The position numbers and the translations under genes are program-made. From positions 320,001-384,000 of the forward strand of contig OZ219865.1 of NCBI GenBank assembly GCA_964291675.2: a stretch of 64,000 nt of DNA. Reading direction: 5' to 3'. The stretch is from Alphaproteobacteria bacterium (GTDB lineage Bacteria; Pseudomonadota; Alphaproteobacteria; MPNO01). The notes beneath the pieces were generated by a model. It did no database searches, was not told where the DNA came from, and was given only the letters and a program-made list of their open reading frames with translations. Positions 1 through 10,336 of this stretch are shown piece after piece; within the stretch, counting starts at the first letter, position 1; each line of letters begins with the position of its first letter.

Positions 1-723
1 CACGACGCCGCCCGCGCCCGCGGCGAGCGGAGCCCGCTGGTCTGTTTCGCGCAGATCGTGGCCCGCGACCCGTTCGTCCTGGTCGGTCGCGCGCCCAACC
101 CGGATTTCCGCTTCGCGGACCTGGTGGGCCCGCGCGTCGGCGTCGCCACCGACGTTCCCACGCCGTGGATGCTGCTCTACGACGACCTCGACCGGGCCGG
201 CATCGATCCCGCCGCCCTGACCCGCGCGCCGGACGCCCCGATGGCGGAGAACGCCGCGGCGCTCGAGCGCGGCGAGATCGACGTGGCGCAGCTCTACGAA
301 CCCCACGCCGAGGCCCTCGTCTCGGGCGGGCACGGGCATGTCTGGCATCGCTTCTCGGCGCGCGGCGACATCGCCTACACGACCTTCTACACGACAAGGC
401 GTTTCGCCGCCGAGCGCCGCGCTGCGTGCCTGGCGCTGGCCCGCGCGATGGCGGCGGCGCTGGCGCGGCTGCACGCGGCGCCGCCCGCCGAGACCGCCGC
501 GCTGGTCGGCCCGGCATTCTTCCCCGAGCTCGCCCCGGCGAGCCTCGCGCGGATCGTATCGGGATACCGCGAGGCCGGGCTCTGGCCGCGCGGGATCGCG
601 CTGCCCGCCGCCGCCTTTGCCCGCCTCAAGGCGGCGCTGCTGGCGGGCGGCCTGATCGGTTGCGACGTGCCCTATGACGAGGCGGTCGATGCCGCGCTGT
701 CGCAGCCGGGAGCGGCGGCGTGA
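1..723 (+). CDS. ABC transporter substrate-binding protein, NMT1/THI5/SsuA-like (5'-truncated by window edge)
   Basis: Open frame from the window start; 'DPFVLVGR', 'GEIDVAQLYEP', 'YTTFYTT' pattern typical of NitT/TauT SBPs; stop overlaps next start. Confidence 0.7.
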   Translation, partial: HDAARARGERSPLVCFAQIVARDPFVLVGRAPNPDFRFADLVGPRVGVATDVPTPWMLLYDDLDRAGIDPAALTRAPDAPMAENAAALERGEIDVAQLYEPHAEALVSGGHGHVWHRFSARGDIAYTTFYTTRRFAAERRAACLALARAMAAALARLHAAPPAETAALVGPAFFPELAPASLARIVSGYREAGLWPRGIALPAAAFARLKAALLAGGLIGCDVPYDEAVDAALSQPGAAA

Positions 724-1724
724 GCGGCGGCATCCCGGCCATCGACATCGCGCCGTTCCTCGACGGCAGCGCCAAGCAGGCGGTCGCCCGGGAGGTGGCC
801 GAGGCGTGCGAGCGGATCGGCTTCCTCGTGGTGTCCGGCCACGGCATCGAGCCCGGGGTCTTCGAGCGCGCGTTCGAACGGTCGCGCGCCTTCTTCGACC
901 GGCCGCGCGCCGACAAGGACCGCTGCCACCCGCGCGGCCCGTCGCGCCAGCGCGGGTTTCACGGCTTCGCTACGCGGGGGCTCGCCTACACGCTGGGCGA
1001 GGAGACGCCGCCGGATTTGCGCGAGACCTATTTCCTCGGCCCGGTCGACGACCACCGCGCCCATTTCGCGGACCTGCCGGAGGCGGCGGATGCCTACGCG
1101 CCCAACATCTACCCGGACCGCCCGGCCGGCGCCGCCGAGGCGTTGATCGCGGTCTACCGCGCCTATGAACGCCTGTCGGCGGACATGCTGCGCATCTTCG
1201 CGGTGGCGCTGCGCCAGCCCGAGGACTATTTCGCGGGGTTCGTCGGGCGCCATTTCAGCATCCTGTCGAGCCACCACTACCCGCCGCTCCGCGAGCCGCC
1301 GAAACCGGGCCAGCTGCGGACCGGCGCGCATACCGACTACGGCGCGCTGACCATCCTGGCGATGACCCGGGCGGATGGCGCGCTGGAGGTCCGCATGCCC
1401 GACGGCGCCTGGCAGCCGGTGCGGCCGGCGAGCGGCGCGCTGGTGGTCAATCTCGGCGACATGATGGCGCGCTGGACCAACGGGCGCTGGACCTCGACCC
1501 TGCACCGGGTCGCCAACCCGCGCGACCTCGACAGCGCCCGGTCGCGGCGCCAGACCATCGGCTATTTCTTGCATCCCGACTACGATGCGCCGATCGCCGC
1601 GATCCCGTCCTGCGTGCCGGATGGCGAGGCGCCGCGGTTCCCCACGATCTCGGCCGGCGAGCACATCGCGGTGAAGATCGCGGCCAGCCACGACGGCGCC
1701 GCGGCCGCCCGGGACGCGGGGTAG
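720..1724 (+). CDS. 2-oxoglutarate/Fe(II) oxygenase, isopenicillin-N-synthase family
   Basis: IPxID N-terminus, ACERIGF, HTD...H...R facial triad (AHTDYG, STLHRV, RQTIGYF). Confidence 0.9.
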   Translation: MSGGIPAIDIAPFLDGSAKQAVAREVAEACERIGFLVVSGHGIEPGVFERAFERSRAFFDRPRADKDRCHPRGPSRQRGFHGFATRGLAYTLGEETPPDLRETYFLGPVDDHRAHFADLPEAADAYAPNIYPDRPAGAAEALIAVYRAYERLSADMLRIFAVALRQPEDYFAGFVGRHFSILSSHHYPPLREPPKPGQLRTGAHTDYGALTILAMTRADGALEVRMPDGAWQPVRPASGALVVNLGDMMARWTNGRWTSTLHRVANPRDLDSARSRRQTIGYFLHPDYDAPIAAIPSCVPDGEAPRFPTISAGEHIAVKIAASHDGAAAARDAG

Positions 1725-1960
1725 CCCGGAACTCTCGCCGGGATCGCTGCCCGTATCGCGTCCAGGCGTTCGCTCCGCCACGGAAGGTGGCCGTCAAACG
1801 CAAGACCGTGCAATATGTCGCGTTGCAGCGGACCGATCGCGGCGCACGGAAATCGGTCCCGGGTCGGGCAGGGCGGCGGTTCGCCCGACCTGAACCAATG
1901 AATCGAGGGCTGGCCCGCCGTCCTGCCGACATCCTGCCCTTGGACAATGGGGAGAGGAAT

Positions 1961-2995
1961 ATGATCAATTCCGCGCAGAAATGTATCGGTGCGCTTGCCG
2001 TGGTGCTGGTTGCGTGCGGCATCTCGCTGGGTGCCGCTGGCGCGCAGACGACCAAGGTCAAGTTCGTGCTCGACTGGACCTGGCAGGGACAGCACGGGAT
2101 CTGGACCCTGGCGCAGGATAACGGCCACTTCGCCGCCGAGGGCCTGGACGTCACCATCGACCGCGGCTTCGGTTCCGGCGACACGATCGCCAAGGTGGCT
2201 GCCAAGACTTACGACATCGGATTTGCCGAGGGCAACTTGCTGTTGAAATTCAATGCAGCGAACCCGAACGATCAACTGATAACGGTGATGATCATCTTCG
2301 ACGCCTCGCCGAACGCGGTCATCTTCCTCAAGAAGAGCGGCATAAAGGGGCCGAAGGATATGGAGGGCAAGGTGTTCTCCACGACGAAGAACGACGCGAC
2401 GAACCTGATTTTCCCGATCTTCGGCAAGGCCAACGATCTCGACCTCGGCAAGATCGGTCTCAAACACGTTGCGTCCAATCTGCGCGATACGCTGGTCCTG
2501 AAAGGCCAGGCCGACGGGACGCTGGGCTGGGCGACCACGGCGGTGATGAACATGATGGCCGCCGGCGTGAAGCGAGAGGATATCGGCTACCTGGCATTCA
2601 GGGATTACGGCGTGCGGATGTTCAGCAGCGGATTGCAGGTGCGCAAGGACTTTGCCGACCAGCATCCCGAGGTCGTGCGCGGCTTCGTCCGTGCGACCAT
2701 GAAGGGCATCAAGGACCTGGTGGCCAACCCCAAGGCGGCGATCGCGTCGGTCAAGAAGCGCGACCGCCTGCTGGACGAGCGGATCGAGCTGATCCGTTAC
2801 AATTTGATCCGCGACGTCGCCCTGGCCACGCCTCATGTCAAGGCGAACGGGATCAGCACCGTGGGTCGCGAGAGGTTCGAGCTTGCCGCGCGCCAGGTTG
2901 CCGAAGCCTTCAACCTGAGCGGAACCGTCAAGATGGAAAACACCTACACCGACCGGTTCCTGCCCGCGAAATCGGAGCGAATGCTTCCGCGCTAG
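1961..2995 (+). CDS. NMT1/THI5-like ABC substrate-binding protein
   Basis: Signal peptide, 'FVLDWTWQG', 'GHFAAEGLDVTIDRGFGS'; RBS GGAGAGG upstream of ATG 1961. Confidence 0.85.
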   Translation: MINSAQKCIGALAVVLVACGISLGAAGAQTTKVKFVLDWTWQGQHGIWTLAQDNGHFAAEGLDVTIDRGFGSGDTIAKVAAKTYDIGFAEGNLLLKFNAANPNDQLITVMIIFDASPNAVIFLKKSGIKGPKDMEGKVFSTTKNDATNLIFPIFGKANDLDLGKIGLKHVASNLRDTLVLKGQADGTLGWATTAVMNMMAAGVKREDIGYLAFRDYGVRMFSSGLQVRKDFADQHPEVVRGFVRATMKGIKDLVANPKAAIASVKKRDRLLDERIELIRYNLIRDVALATPHVKANGISTVGRERFELAARQVAEAFNLSGTVKMENTYTDRFLPAKSERMLPR

Positions 2996-3033
2996 TCGAG
3001 GATGCGAGCGGCCGCTGACTCCGGCCCGAGGAG

Positions 3034-4440
3034 TCAGCGGCCGCCGGCGGCGCGGGGCCAGCGCTTGAGCAATCCGCGCGCCGCCGCGATCGACCACAGC
3101 TTTTCGAGGGCGCGGCCGGCGCGGTCCATGATGTCGTCCGCGTCGCCGCGCAGGAACCTCCCGTCCCGCACCAGGATCTCCCCGTCCACCATGACGGCCG
3201 AGACATCGGCGCCCGAGCCGTTCCAGACCAGCGCGCGCAGCGGGTCCCACACCGGAAAGAGATGGGGCCGGCGCATGTCGACGACGATGAGATCGGCCTT
3301 GGCCCCGGGGGCGATGACGCCGAGGTCTTCGCGCCCCAGCGCGGCGGCGCCGCCCGCGGTGGCGGCCGAGATCAGATCGAAGGCCGAGCCGGCGTCGCCG
3401 CGACCGGAATGGGTCTTGGCGAGAAGCCCGGAGGTGCGGAACTCCGACAGCATGTCCAGGCAATAGCCGTCGGTGCCGATGCCGAGCCCGACGCCGCTCG
3501 CGCGGAAGCGATGATAGGGCGCGGTCACCCCGACCCGGGCATAGGTGAGCGGACAGGTGGCCACCGTGGTGCCGGCGTCGCGCAGGATCGCGAGATCGGC
3601 GTCGGTCGCGTAGATGCAGTGCCCGGCCACCACGTCGGGGCCGAGAAAGCCGAGATCGCGGAGGTGCTCGACCGAGGTCTTGCCGTGACGGGCGCGGATG
3701 GTATCGACCTCCAGCGGGCTCTGGGAGACGTGGATCGAAATCGGACAGCCCAGATCGGTGGCGGCGGCGCGCACTTCGCGCAGCAGGTCCGGCGCGCAGG
3801 TGTCCACGCCGTGCGGGGCGAGCCCGACCCGGAGGCGGCCGTCCGGGCCCTCGTCGTAGCGCTGGAACATCTCGATCGCCCGCGCCAGGCCCGTATCGGC
3901 TCCGGTCCCGCCATAGACGGGGCGGCCATCGGCATCGACGCCGGGGCTGGCGGACGACCATTGATAGGGGCAGCCATAGGCGCGAATGCCCATCCGGCGG
4001 GCCACGTCGAAGAAGAAATCCTGGTTGATGCGCCACATGTCGAGGATCGTCGTCGAGCCGGTCATGATCAGCTCGAGGATCGCGATCTCGACGATCGCGC
4101 GCTGCTCGTCCCGGTCCAGCACGTCGACCGCCATCTCGCCCATCGGCAGCAGGAAGCTGTAGACGTAGTTGCCGCCGAGCGTCGCTTCGCTCACGTCTTC
4201 GATGAGCCCGCGGAACACCGGCGCGCTAAAGCTGTGGTTGTGGATGTTGACGAACCCCGGCAGCACCAGGGCCTGAGCGAACCCGATCGCATCGTCGGCG
4301 TCGGCCGGGCGCTCGCCGGTGACCGCCACGATGGTGGAACCCTCCACGACGACGTACCGGTCTTCGACGATCTCGGGCCCGTCATCGGTGCCCGCCAGGA
4401 TCCAGCGCCCGGCAATAACGGTGCGCTTGTCAGGTTTCAT
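3034..4440 (-). CDS. Metal-dependent amidohydrolase (AtzA/TrzA/MTA-deaminase-like)
   Basis: PGFVNIHNH metal motif, IHVSQ, AGHC, GTDG, GAKADLIVVD. Confidence 0.9.
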   Translation of the reverse strand: MKPDKRTVIAGRWILAGTDDGPEIVEDRYVVVEGSTIVAVTGERPADADDAIGFAQALVLPGFVNIHNHSFSAPVFRGLIEDVSEATLGGNYVYSFLLPMGEMAVDVLDRDEQRAIVEIAILELIMTGSTTILDMWRINQDFFFDVARRMGIRAYGCPYQWSSASPGVDADGRPVYGGTGADTGLARAIEMFQRYDEGPDGRLRVGLAPHGVDTCAPDLLREVRAAATDLGCPISIHVSQSPLEVDTIRARHGKTSVEHLRDLGFLGPDVVAGHCIYATDADLAILRDAGTTVATCPLTYARVGVTAPYHRFRASGVGLGIGTDGYCLDMLSEFRTSGLLAKTHSGRGDAGSAFDLISAATAGGAAALGREDLGVIAPGAKADLIVVDMRRPHLFPVWDPLRALVWNGSGADVSAVMVDGEILVRDGRFLRGDADDIMDRAGRALEKLWSIAAARGLLKRWPRAAGGR

Positions 4441-4479
4441 GCCATCCGCTCCATTGCGCTCAAGGTGAGGCGGGGCCGG

Positions 4480-5262
4480 TCAGGCCCCGGCCGCGGGGAT
4501 GTCCAGCTTCCGCGTGGCCCATCCGGTGAACCGCCGCTCCAGATGCGCGAAGACGGCATAGATCCCCACCCCCATGAGGGCGACCACGACGAGCCCGGCG
4601 AACACCAGGGCCACATCGAATCTCGAGCTGGCCGAGATCATCAGGAAACCGATGCCGGAGTTCGACGCAATCGTTTCCGAGACCACCGAGCCGACCAGGG
4701 CCAGCGTTATCGCAACCTTCAGCGATGCAAAAAAATAGGGCAGCGTTCCGGGGATGCCGATCTTCAGCAGGATGTCCGACCGTCGGGCCCCGAGCGAGCG
4801 GAGCACATCCTCCAGCTCCGGCTCGATTGTCGCCAGGCCGGTGGCGACGTTCACCAGGATGGGAAAAAACGCCAACATGAACGCGGTGATGATCGCAGGG
4901 ATTTCTCCGATCCCGAACCAGATCACGAGCACCGGAACGATGGCCACCTTCGGTATCGAATTGAACGCGATCAGCAGGGGATACAGACCGCTATAGACGA
5001 CCCGCGACGCGCCGATGGCGATCCCGAGAAGCATGCCGCCCGCCACCGCGAGGCCGAACCCGACCAGGGTGGTGAGCAGGGTCCAACCCGCATGGTACCC
5101 GATCTCGGCATGCCATTTCGCCAGACTCTCGCCGATCGCGCTCGGCGAGGGCAGGATGAACTTGGGAATGCCGAACGCGAAAGAGGCGAGCTCCCACAAT
5201 CCCAACGACACGATCGTCACCACCCAGGGCATGGCCTTTTCCAACCGGCGGCGGTCGGTCAT
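4480..5262 (-). CDS. NitT/TauT-family ABC permease
   Basis: 'ILPSPSAI', 'NSIPKVAIVP', EAA-like loop 'DVLRSLGA', hydrophobic segments; start moved to MTDRRR. Confidence 0.9.
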   Translation of the reverse strand: MTDRRRLEKAMPWVVTIVSLGLWELASFAFGIPKFILPSPSAIGESLAKWHAEIGYHAGWTLLTTLVGFGLAVAGGMLLGIAIGASRVVYSGLYPLLIAFNSIPKVAIVPVLVIWFGIGEIPAIITAFMLAFFPILVNVATGLATIEPELEDVLRSLGARRSDILLKIGIPGTLPYFFASLKVAITLALVGSVVSETIASNSGIGFLMISASSRFDVALVFAGLVVVALMGVGIYAVFAHLERRFTGWATRKLDIPAAGA

Positions 5263-5408
5263 GATGCACGCTCGGGGCTGCCATGATTTCGCACGCCCGA
5301 ACGGTAGCGCCGGCCGGGGACGCGAACAAGCTCGCGGAATTTGCCGGCCGCCGGCACGCCGGCAGGCGTTCCCGGCGGCGCACCGGCCGCCCGCATCCGA
5401 GGAGAGGC

Positions 5409-6848
5409 ATGACGCCAGGGGACCCGGTCCTGGAGCGGTCGGACGGCGAGGCGGTGGCCGACGGCGTGACCTCTCTCTGCCGATGGGCGGCCGGGGTCGA
5501 TTTCGCCGCCCTGCCGGACGCGGTATGGCGCCGCGCCGCGCTGGTTGCAACGGACGATCTCGCCGCGGTCGTCGCGGCCCGCGACGAGCCCGAGCTGCGC
5601 CCGCTCCACGACCAGCTCCTGCGCCGCGCCGCGCCGCCCGAGGCGACGGTGTTCCGCGGCGGCCGGCCGCGCGCCGACCGCTACTCGGCCGCCGTCGCCA
5701 ACGGCGCGGCGGCCGGCTGGTGCGAGCTCGACGAGGGCTATCGCGAGGTGCCCTGCCATGGCGGGCTGTGCGTCCTGCCCGCGCTGTGGGCCGAGGCGGA
5801 AGCCGAGGGACGCACGGTGCGCGAGATGCTGCGGGCGCTGGCGATCGGCTACGAGGTGGTCACCCGCTTCGCCCGGGGGTTCCGGTTTCCCGACCAGCGG
5901 CTGCATCCCCACGCGGCGCTGCCGGCCATCGGGGCCGCGGCCGGCGTTGCCGCGATTCGCCGGCTGCCGGCCGAGACCTTTCTCGATGCGATCGCCGGCG
6001 CGTCCACCATGGTGGCGCCGGGTCCGTTCGACCACGCGGTGAAAGGGGCGCTGGTGCGAAACGTGTGGGCCGGCGTGGGCGCCTGGACCGGCCTCCGTGC
6101 GGTCGACTGGGCGGGCTTCGGCATCGGCGGCGCGGCTTGCTCGCCGCACGACGTGTTCGTGGGCGGCCTGGGCGCGCAGGCCCGGCCCGGCGAGCTTGCC
6201 GGGGCTCTCGGCCGGTCCTGGGGCATCGCCGACGGTTTCCACAAGATCTACGCCTGCTGCCAGTACGCGCACGCCGCCGTGGAGTCCCTGGAGGCGCTGC
6301 TGGCGCGGAGGCCGGACATCGAGGCCGCGAGCGACATCGAGCGCATTGTCGTGGAGACCCATCGGCGCGCGCTGGCCCTGGAGAACAGGCGGCCGGCGAC
6401 CGGCCTTGCCGCGAAGTTCTCGCTGCCGCATATCGTGGCCAGCGTCAGCCATCTCCGCCATGCCGGCGCCGCGGCGTTCTCCGCCGCCACGCTGGACGAT
6501 CCGGCGATCGCCGCGCTGCGCGAGCGTGTCGCGCTCGCGCCCTACGAGCCGGAGCGCCCGTGGCCCGAGGACCGGCCGGCCCGGGTCACCTGGCATCTGC
6601 GCACCGGCGAGCGTCTCCAGGCGGAGTGCCGGAGCGCGCGAGGCGGTCCGGACCGCCCGTTCGCGCCGTCGCAGATCCTCGACAAGCTGCGCGGCATCGC
6701 CGCCCCGGTCTACCCGCGCATGGCCGAAATCTGCCGGACCCTGGTCGACCTCGACGGCGCTCTGCTGGAGACGCCGTGGACCGAAGCGGTCGCCCTGATG
6801 ACCGGCGGCGCGCCGCCCGGTCCGCCGCCGGGACCGGGACCCGGCTGA
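5409..6848 (+). CDS. MmgE/PrpD family protein
   Basis: 'ANGAAAGWCELDEG', 'KIYACCQYAH', 'AKFSLPH' motifs; RBS GGAGAGG. Confidence 0.85.
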   Translation: MTPGDPVLERSDGEAVADGVTSLCRWAAGVDFAALPDAVWRRAALVATDDLAAVVAARDEPELRPLHDQLLRRAAPPEATVFRGGRPRADRYSAAVANGAAAGWCELDEGYREVPCHGGLCVLPALWAEAEAEGRTVREMLRALAIGYEVVTRFARGFRFPDQRLHPHAALPAIGAAAGVAAIRRLPAETFLDAIAGASTMVAPGPFDHAVKGALVRNVWAGVGAWTGLRAVDWAGFGIGGAACSPHDVFVGGLGAQARPGELAGALGRSWGIADGFHKIYACCQYAHAAVESLEALLARRPDIEAASDIERIVVETHRRALALENRRPATGLAAKFSLPHIVASVSHLRHAGAAAFSAATLDDPAIAALRERVALAPYEPERPWPEDRPARVTWHLRTGERLQAECRSARGGPDRPFAPSQILDKLRGIAAPVYPRMAEICRTLVDLDGALLETPWTEAVALMTGGAPPGPPPGPGPG

Positions 6849-6899
6849 ACGTCCGGATCCCGGCCCCTCGGGCGAGCGCGAGCGTGCCGGGCGGTCGGG

Positions 6900-7928
6900 C
6901 TACTTCTCGTTCCGCTTTATCGAGGCCTTCAGGAGCGCGTACATCTCGCGCACCTGCGCGTTGTCGTGCTTGCCCAGGAAGTCGTCGCCGAGGGTGCGGA
7001 CCCGGTTCATGAAATCGGCCTGGTCGGCCGCCGACAGGCGTATCACCTCGGCGCCGTTGTCCTTCCAGAGCTTCTCGGCCCGCGCGCCGAATTCGAGGCC
7101 GATCTTCGTGCACTCCTCCGCCATTTCGCCCGTCGTGTCCAGCACGAGCTTGAGCAGGTCCGGCGAGAGCTTCTTCAGCCATGCCTCGCTGGCGAAGATG
7201 GCGCTCGGGATCTGGCCGCTCTCGACGACCGTGATGTACTTGGTCACGGTAAAGAACTTCGACCCGCCCATGACGATGATGCTCGACCGCACGCCGTCGA
7301 TGGTCTTGCGCGACAGGCCGGGCAGCACCTCGATATAGGACATGGGAACGCCGGTCGCGCCCAGCTTGCCGACCAGCGCGGTCTCCATCTTGGACGCTAG
7401 GACCCGGATCTTCTTGCCCCTGAAGTCGTCCATCGTGCGGATCGGGCGCAGGCTGGCGAACGACGTGGGCCCGTAGACGTAGAGCGAGAGCACCCGGATG
7501 CCGGTGCCGAGGGCGAGCTTGGAGTAGGGCTCCCTGAACGCCGGATCGTTGAGCGCCCGGTGGGCATGCCAGACGTCCTTGAACACGCCCGGCGCGTCCG
7601 GCACCTGGAATGCCGCGTTGTGTCCGACCAGGAACCCGGGCGGGGCGATCAGCAGCTCCTGCGTCCCGAGCTGGATGCCCTCGATCATCCGGGCGATCTT
7701 GCCGAGCTGGCCGGCGGGGAAGATGCGCGCGGCGAGCTTGCCGCCGGAACGCTCGTTCAACCGCTCGGCCAGAATCTCGCCGATACGATGCTGCGGATCC
7801 TGGACGGTCGCGAATCCGATCTTGACCGCCATCCCCTCGCCCAGCGCCCCGCCGGACAGGCCGAGAAGCGCGACGGCCGCGCCGAATGCCGAAATCGCGC
7901 TGGTGCCGCGCCGTGCTTTACCGATCAT
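6900..7928 (-). CDS. TRAP transporter substrate-binding protein DctP family
   Basis: Signal peptide, 'FPAGQLG', 'IEGIQLGTQE', 'DFRGKKIRV', 'LGATGVPM'. Confidence 0.9.
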   Translation of the reverse strand: MIGKARRGTSAISAFGAAVALLGLSGGALGEGMAVKIGFATVQDPQHRIGEILAERLNERSGGKLAARIFPAGQLGKIARMIEGIQLGTQELLIAPPGFLVGHNAAFQVPDAPGVFKDVWHAHRALNDPAFREPYSKLALGTGIRVLSLYVYGPTSFASLRPIRTMDDFRGKKIRVLASKMETALVGKLGATGVPMSYIEVLPGLSRKTIDGVRSSIIVMGGSKFFTVTKYITVVESGQIPSAIFASEAWLKKLSPDLLKLVLDTTGEMAEECTKIGLEFGARAEKLWKDNGAEVIRLSAADQADFMNRVRTLGDDFLGKHDNAQVREMYALLKASIKRNEK

Positions 7929-8147
7929 GTTCCTGCTTCTCCCTCGGGTTGGTGCATGGATTGTCGCGTTGCCCCGGGCTTGCCGCACGACCGCCCCGAG
8001 GTAACGAGACAGTAGCCGAGCCCCGCGGCGCCGGCAAACGCGCCGCCCGGCTGGCCGGTGCAAGGGGGGCGGGGTATGGTCGGCGACGGTGGGCGCGCAG
8101 CGCCGGTCCCCCGGCGGGCATGCGGCGCCGACGTCACGGAGACGCGG

Positions 8148-8816
8148 ATGAAGTCCTCGCACGCCCATCCCCCGGAGTCGCTCGACCGGCCGCTGGAGCA
8201 CGACCCGTCGGACTGGCCGGCGCAGGAGAACTACCGCCTGCTGACGGCGCTCGTCATACCGCGGCCGATCGCCTGGATCTCCAGCCTGTCCGCGGACGGC
8301 GTGCGCAACATCGCGCCGCACTCCTTCTTCAACGCGGTGTCGACCGACCCGCCGCATGTCATGGTCAGCTCCACCGGGGTCAAGGACTCGGTGCGCAACA
8401 TTCGCGCGACCGGGGAGTTCGTGCTCAATATCGTGACCATGGACGTCATCGAGGACATGGTCTTCACCTCGACCGACTTTCCGCCCGAGGAGGACGAGTT
8501 CGACTGGAGCGGGCTGACCGCAATGCCCGCGGCGAAGGTGGCGCCGCCGCGGATCGGGCAGGCCAGGGCGCATCTGGAATGCGTGTCGGTCGACGAGATG
8601 ACGCTCGGCGACGCGACGCTGATCTTCGGCCGGGTGGTCCACATGCATATCGATCCCCGGGTGTGGCGCAACGGGCGGGTGGACCCGGCGCTGCTCGACC
8701 CGGTGTGCCGCCTGTCCGGCAGCCTCTACGCCGCGCTCGGCGAACGGTCCAGCCTGGCGATCCCCAGATGGGAGGACGTGGCCGGCTCGGGGCATCGCTG
8801 CCCGCGCCCCGGCTGA
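8148..8816 (+). CDS. Flavin reductase-like (DIM6/NTAB) protein
   Basis: 'VIPRPIAWISS', 'NIAPHSFFN', 'KDSVRNIRATGEFVLN'. Confidence 0.9.
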   Translation: MKSSHAHPPESLDRPLEHDPSDWPAQENYRLLTALVIPRPIAWISSLSADGVRNIAPHSFFNAVSTDPPHVMVSSTGVKDSVRNIRATGEFVLNIVTMDVIEDMVFTSTDFPPEEDEFDWSGLTAMPAAKVAPPRIGQARAHLECVSVDEMTLGDATLIFGRVVHMHIDPRVWRNGRVDPALLDPVCRLSGSLYAALGERSSLAIPRWEDVAGSGHRCPRPG

Positions 8817-8910
8817 CCCGCGTCCGGGCGGCCCGTCCCGCGGCTGCGATTCTCCTGTGGGAAACCCGCCTTTGACGGTGCCGTCGGCCGGCCGATTCGC
8901 TATGATGGGG

Positions 8911-8925
8911 GAACAAACCGGGAAT
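8911..8925 (+). promoter_or_regulatory. Putative alphaproteobacterial LexA (SOS) box upstream of ssb
   Basis: GAAC-AAACCGG-GAAT (GAAC-N7-GAAY) just after TATGAT (8901-8906) and before the ssb RBS. Confidence 0.6.
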
Positions 8926-8936
8926 AGGAGGATTCG

Positions 8937-9398
8937 GTGGCCGGAAGCGTCAACAAGGTCATTCTCGTCGGCAATCTCGGAGCCGATCCGGAGGTCCGTC
9001 ACACCAATGACGGCAACCCGATCGTCAACCTGCGTGTCGCCACCTCCGAGCGGTGGCGCGACCGCACCAGCGGCGAACGGCGCGAGCGCACCGAATGGCA
9101 TCGCGTCGTCATCTTCAACGACCGCCTCGGCGAGGTGGCGCAGAAATACCTGCACAAGGGCTCGAAGGTCTATCTGGAAGGCCAGCTCCAGACCCGCAAA
9201 TGGACCGGCCAGGACGGCCAGGAGCGCTACACCACCGAGGTCGTGCTGCAACGCTTCCGCGGCGAGCTCACCATGCTCGACAGCCGCGGCGAGGGCGGCG
9301 GCGGGTACGATGCGCCGGGCGGCGCGCCGGGCGGCGAAATCGACCGCGGCGGCCCGGCCCGGGGCGGCGCCGACCTGGACGACGAGATCCCGTTCTAG
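8937..9398 (+). CDS. ssb: Single-stranded DNA-binding protein
   Basis: [24 protein letters not shown]-terminal DDEIPF. Confidence 0.98.
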   Translation: MAGSVNKVILVGNLGADPEVRHTNDGNPIVNLRVATSERWRDRTSGERRERTEWHRVVIFNDRLGEVAQKYLHKGSKVYLEGQLQTRKWTGQDGQERYTTEVVLQRFRGELTMLDSRGEGGGGYDAPGGAPGGEIDRGGPARGGADLDDEIPF

Positions 9399-9411
9399 CG
9401 TCCCGCCCCCC

Positions 9412-10061
9412 CGTCATGGCCGGACTCGCTCCACTGCTGTCCGGTTTATGTAGCTGGACCGGGCGCAAAGCCTTGTTCCGGGCGGGATATCGGCGCGTCC
9501 GCCGGATCGGGACACGGATCGCCGCACGCCCGCACTTGCCGTCCGTGCCCCTCTGTTGTCACCCCGGCCTCGTTCCGGGCACCCACGGGCGGGGCGGGCC
9601 GCCCCCGGCTCCCGTGCTCCTCCACCGCCACCCCCACCCCGTCATGGCCGGACTTGATCCGGCCACCCATGCGCGGACTTGATCCGCGCAACCACTGGCA
9701 CCACCGATACAACGCCCCGTCGGGAGAGGCGGCGGCGACAGTGGATGCCCGGATCAAGTCCGGGCATGACGATGGGGGGAGGCATGGTGATGGGGCGGGA
9801 AACGCCGGGCGCGACGCGGGTCGAAGGCTAAACCGGACAGCAGTGGACTCGATCCGGGCATCCATGGGCGCCGCCGCCCCTCTCGTCGGACCGTCGTGCG
9901 GGCGGAGAGGCCGCGTGGATGGCCGGATCACCCCCGGACTTGATCCGGGGGCCGGCCATGACGTAGGGGTAACAGCGGGAGCGGAGATGCAGATGCTCAC
10001 GGGCGCGGAGCCCGCGTCGAAGGCTAAACCGGACAGCAGTGGAACAAGTCCGGGCATGACG
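9412..10061. repeat. Cluster of CGTC-tagged REP-like palindromes containing a MITE copy
   Basis: Multiple CGTCATG(G/C)CCGGACTTGATCCGG.. units and inverted partners ..CCGGATCAAGTCCGGGCATGACG. Confidence 0.9.
9432..9845. mobile_element. ~413-bp non-autonomous MITE, copy 1
   Basis: TIR CACTGCTGTCCGGTTTA (9432-9448) / TAAACCGGACAGCAGTG (9829-9845); flanks GGACTCGCTCC / GGACTCGATCC; highly similar to 42065-42479. Confidence 0.8.
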
Positions 10062-10217
10062 GGAGAGGGGGCATGGCATCGCGTGGTGAGGAACCCGGGA
10101 AACACCGAAATGGATGGAAATAACTTCGTTTGATATCAGATAATTAAGAAACAATATTCATATAGAAAATCAAAAATCCAACCGTACTCTCCGCGGCCCC
10201 CGAACGCCCCGCCGAGA

Positions 10218-10246
10218 TTGAGCGCGCGGGGCGATTCTGCTACACT
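10218..10246 (+). promoter_or_regulatory. Putative sigma70 promoter of gyrA
   Basis: TTGAGC-N17-TACACT downstream of an AT-rich tract. Confidence 0.5.
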
Positions 10247-10336
10247 CCGCGAACGGGTTTTGCGGCGTCTCCGAACCGGTCGGGGGGCCGCGTCTGAACC
10301 GGTCCCGAACGTCCCGAACCGGACAAGCGAAGCGCC

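Noticed and set aside
1740-1960. TPP riboswitch upstream of the NMT1/THI5-like gene
   Set aside because: Only ACCTGAAC present; no CTGAGA motif or supporting stems
9446-10154. ORFs over repeat clusters (also 13.6-14.3, 21.2-21.9, 30.7-31.5, 41.8-42.7 kb)
   Set aside because: Translations (MPGLDPG, SCPDLIRA, RIKSGHD) are just the REP palindrome read in different frames
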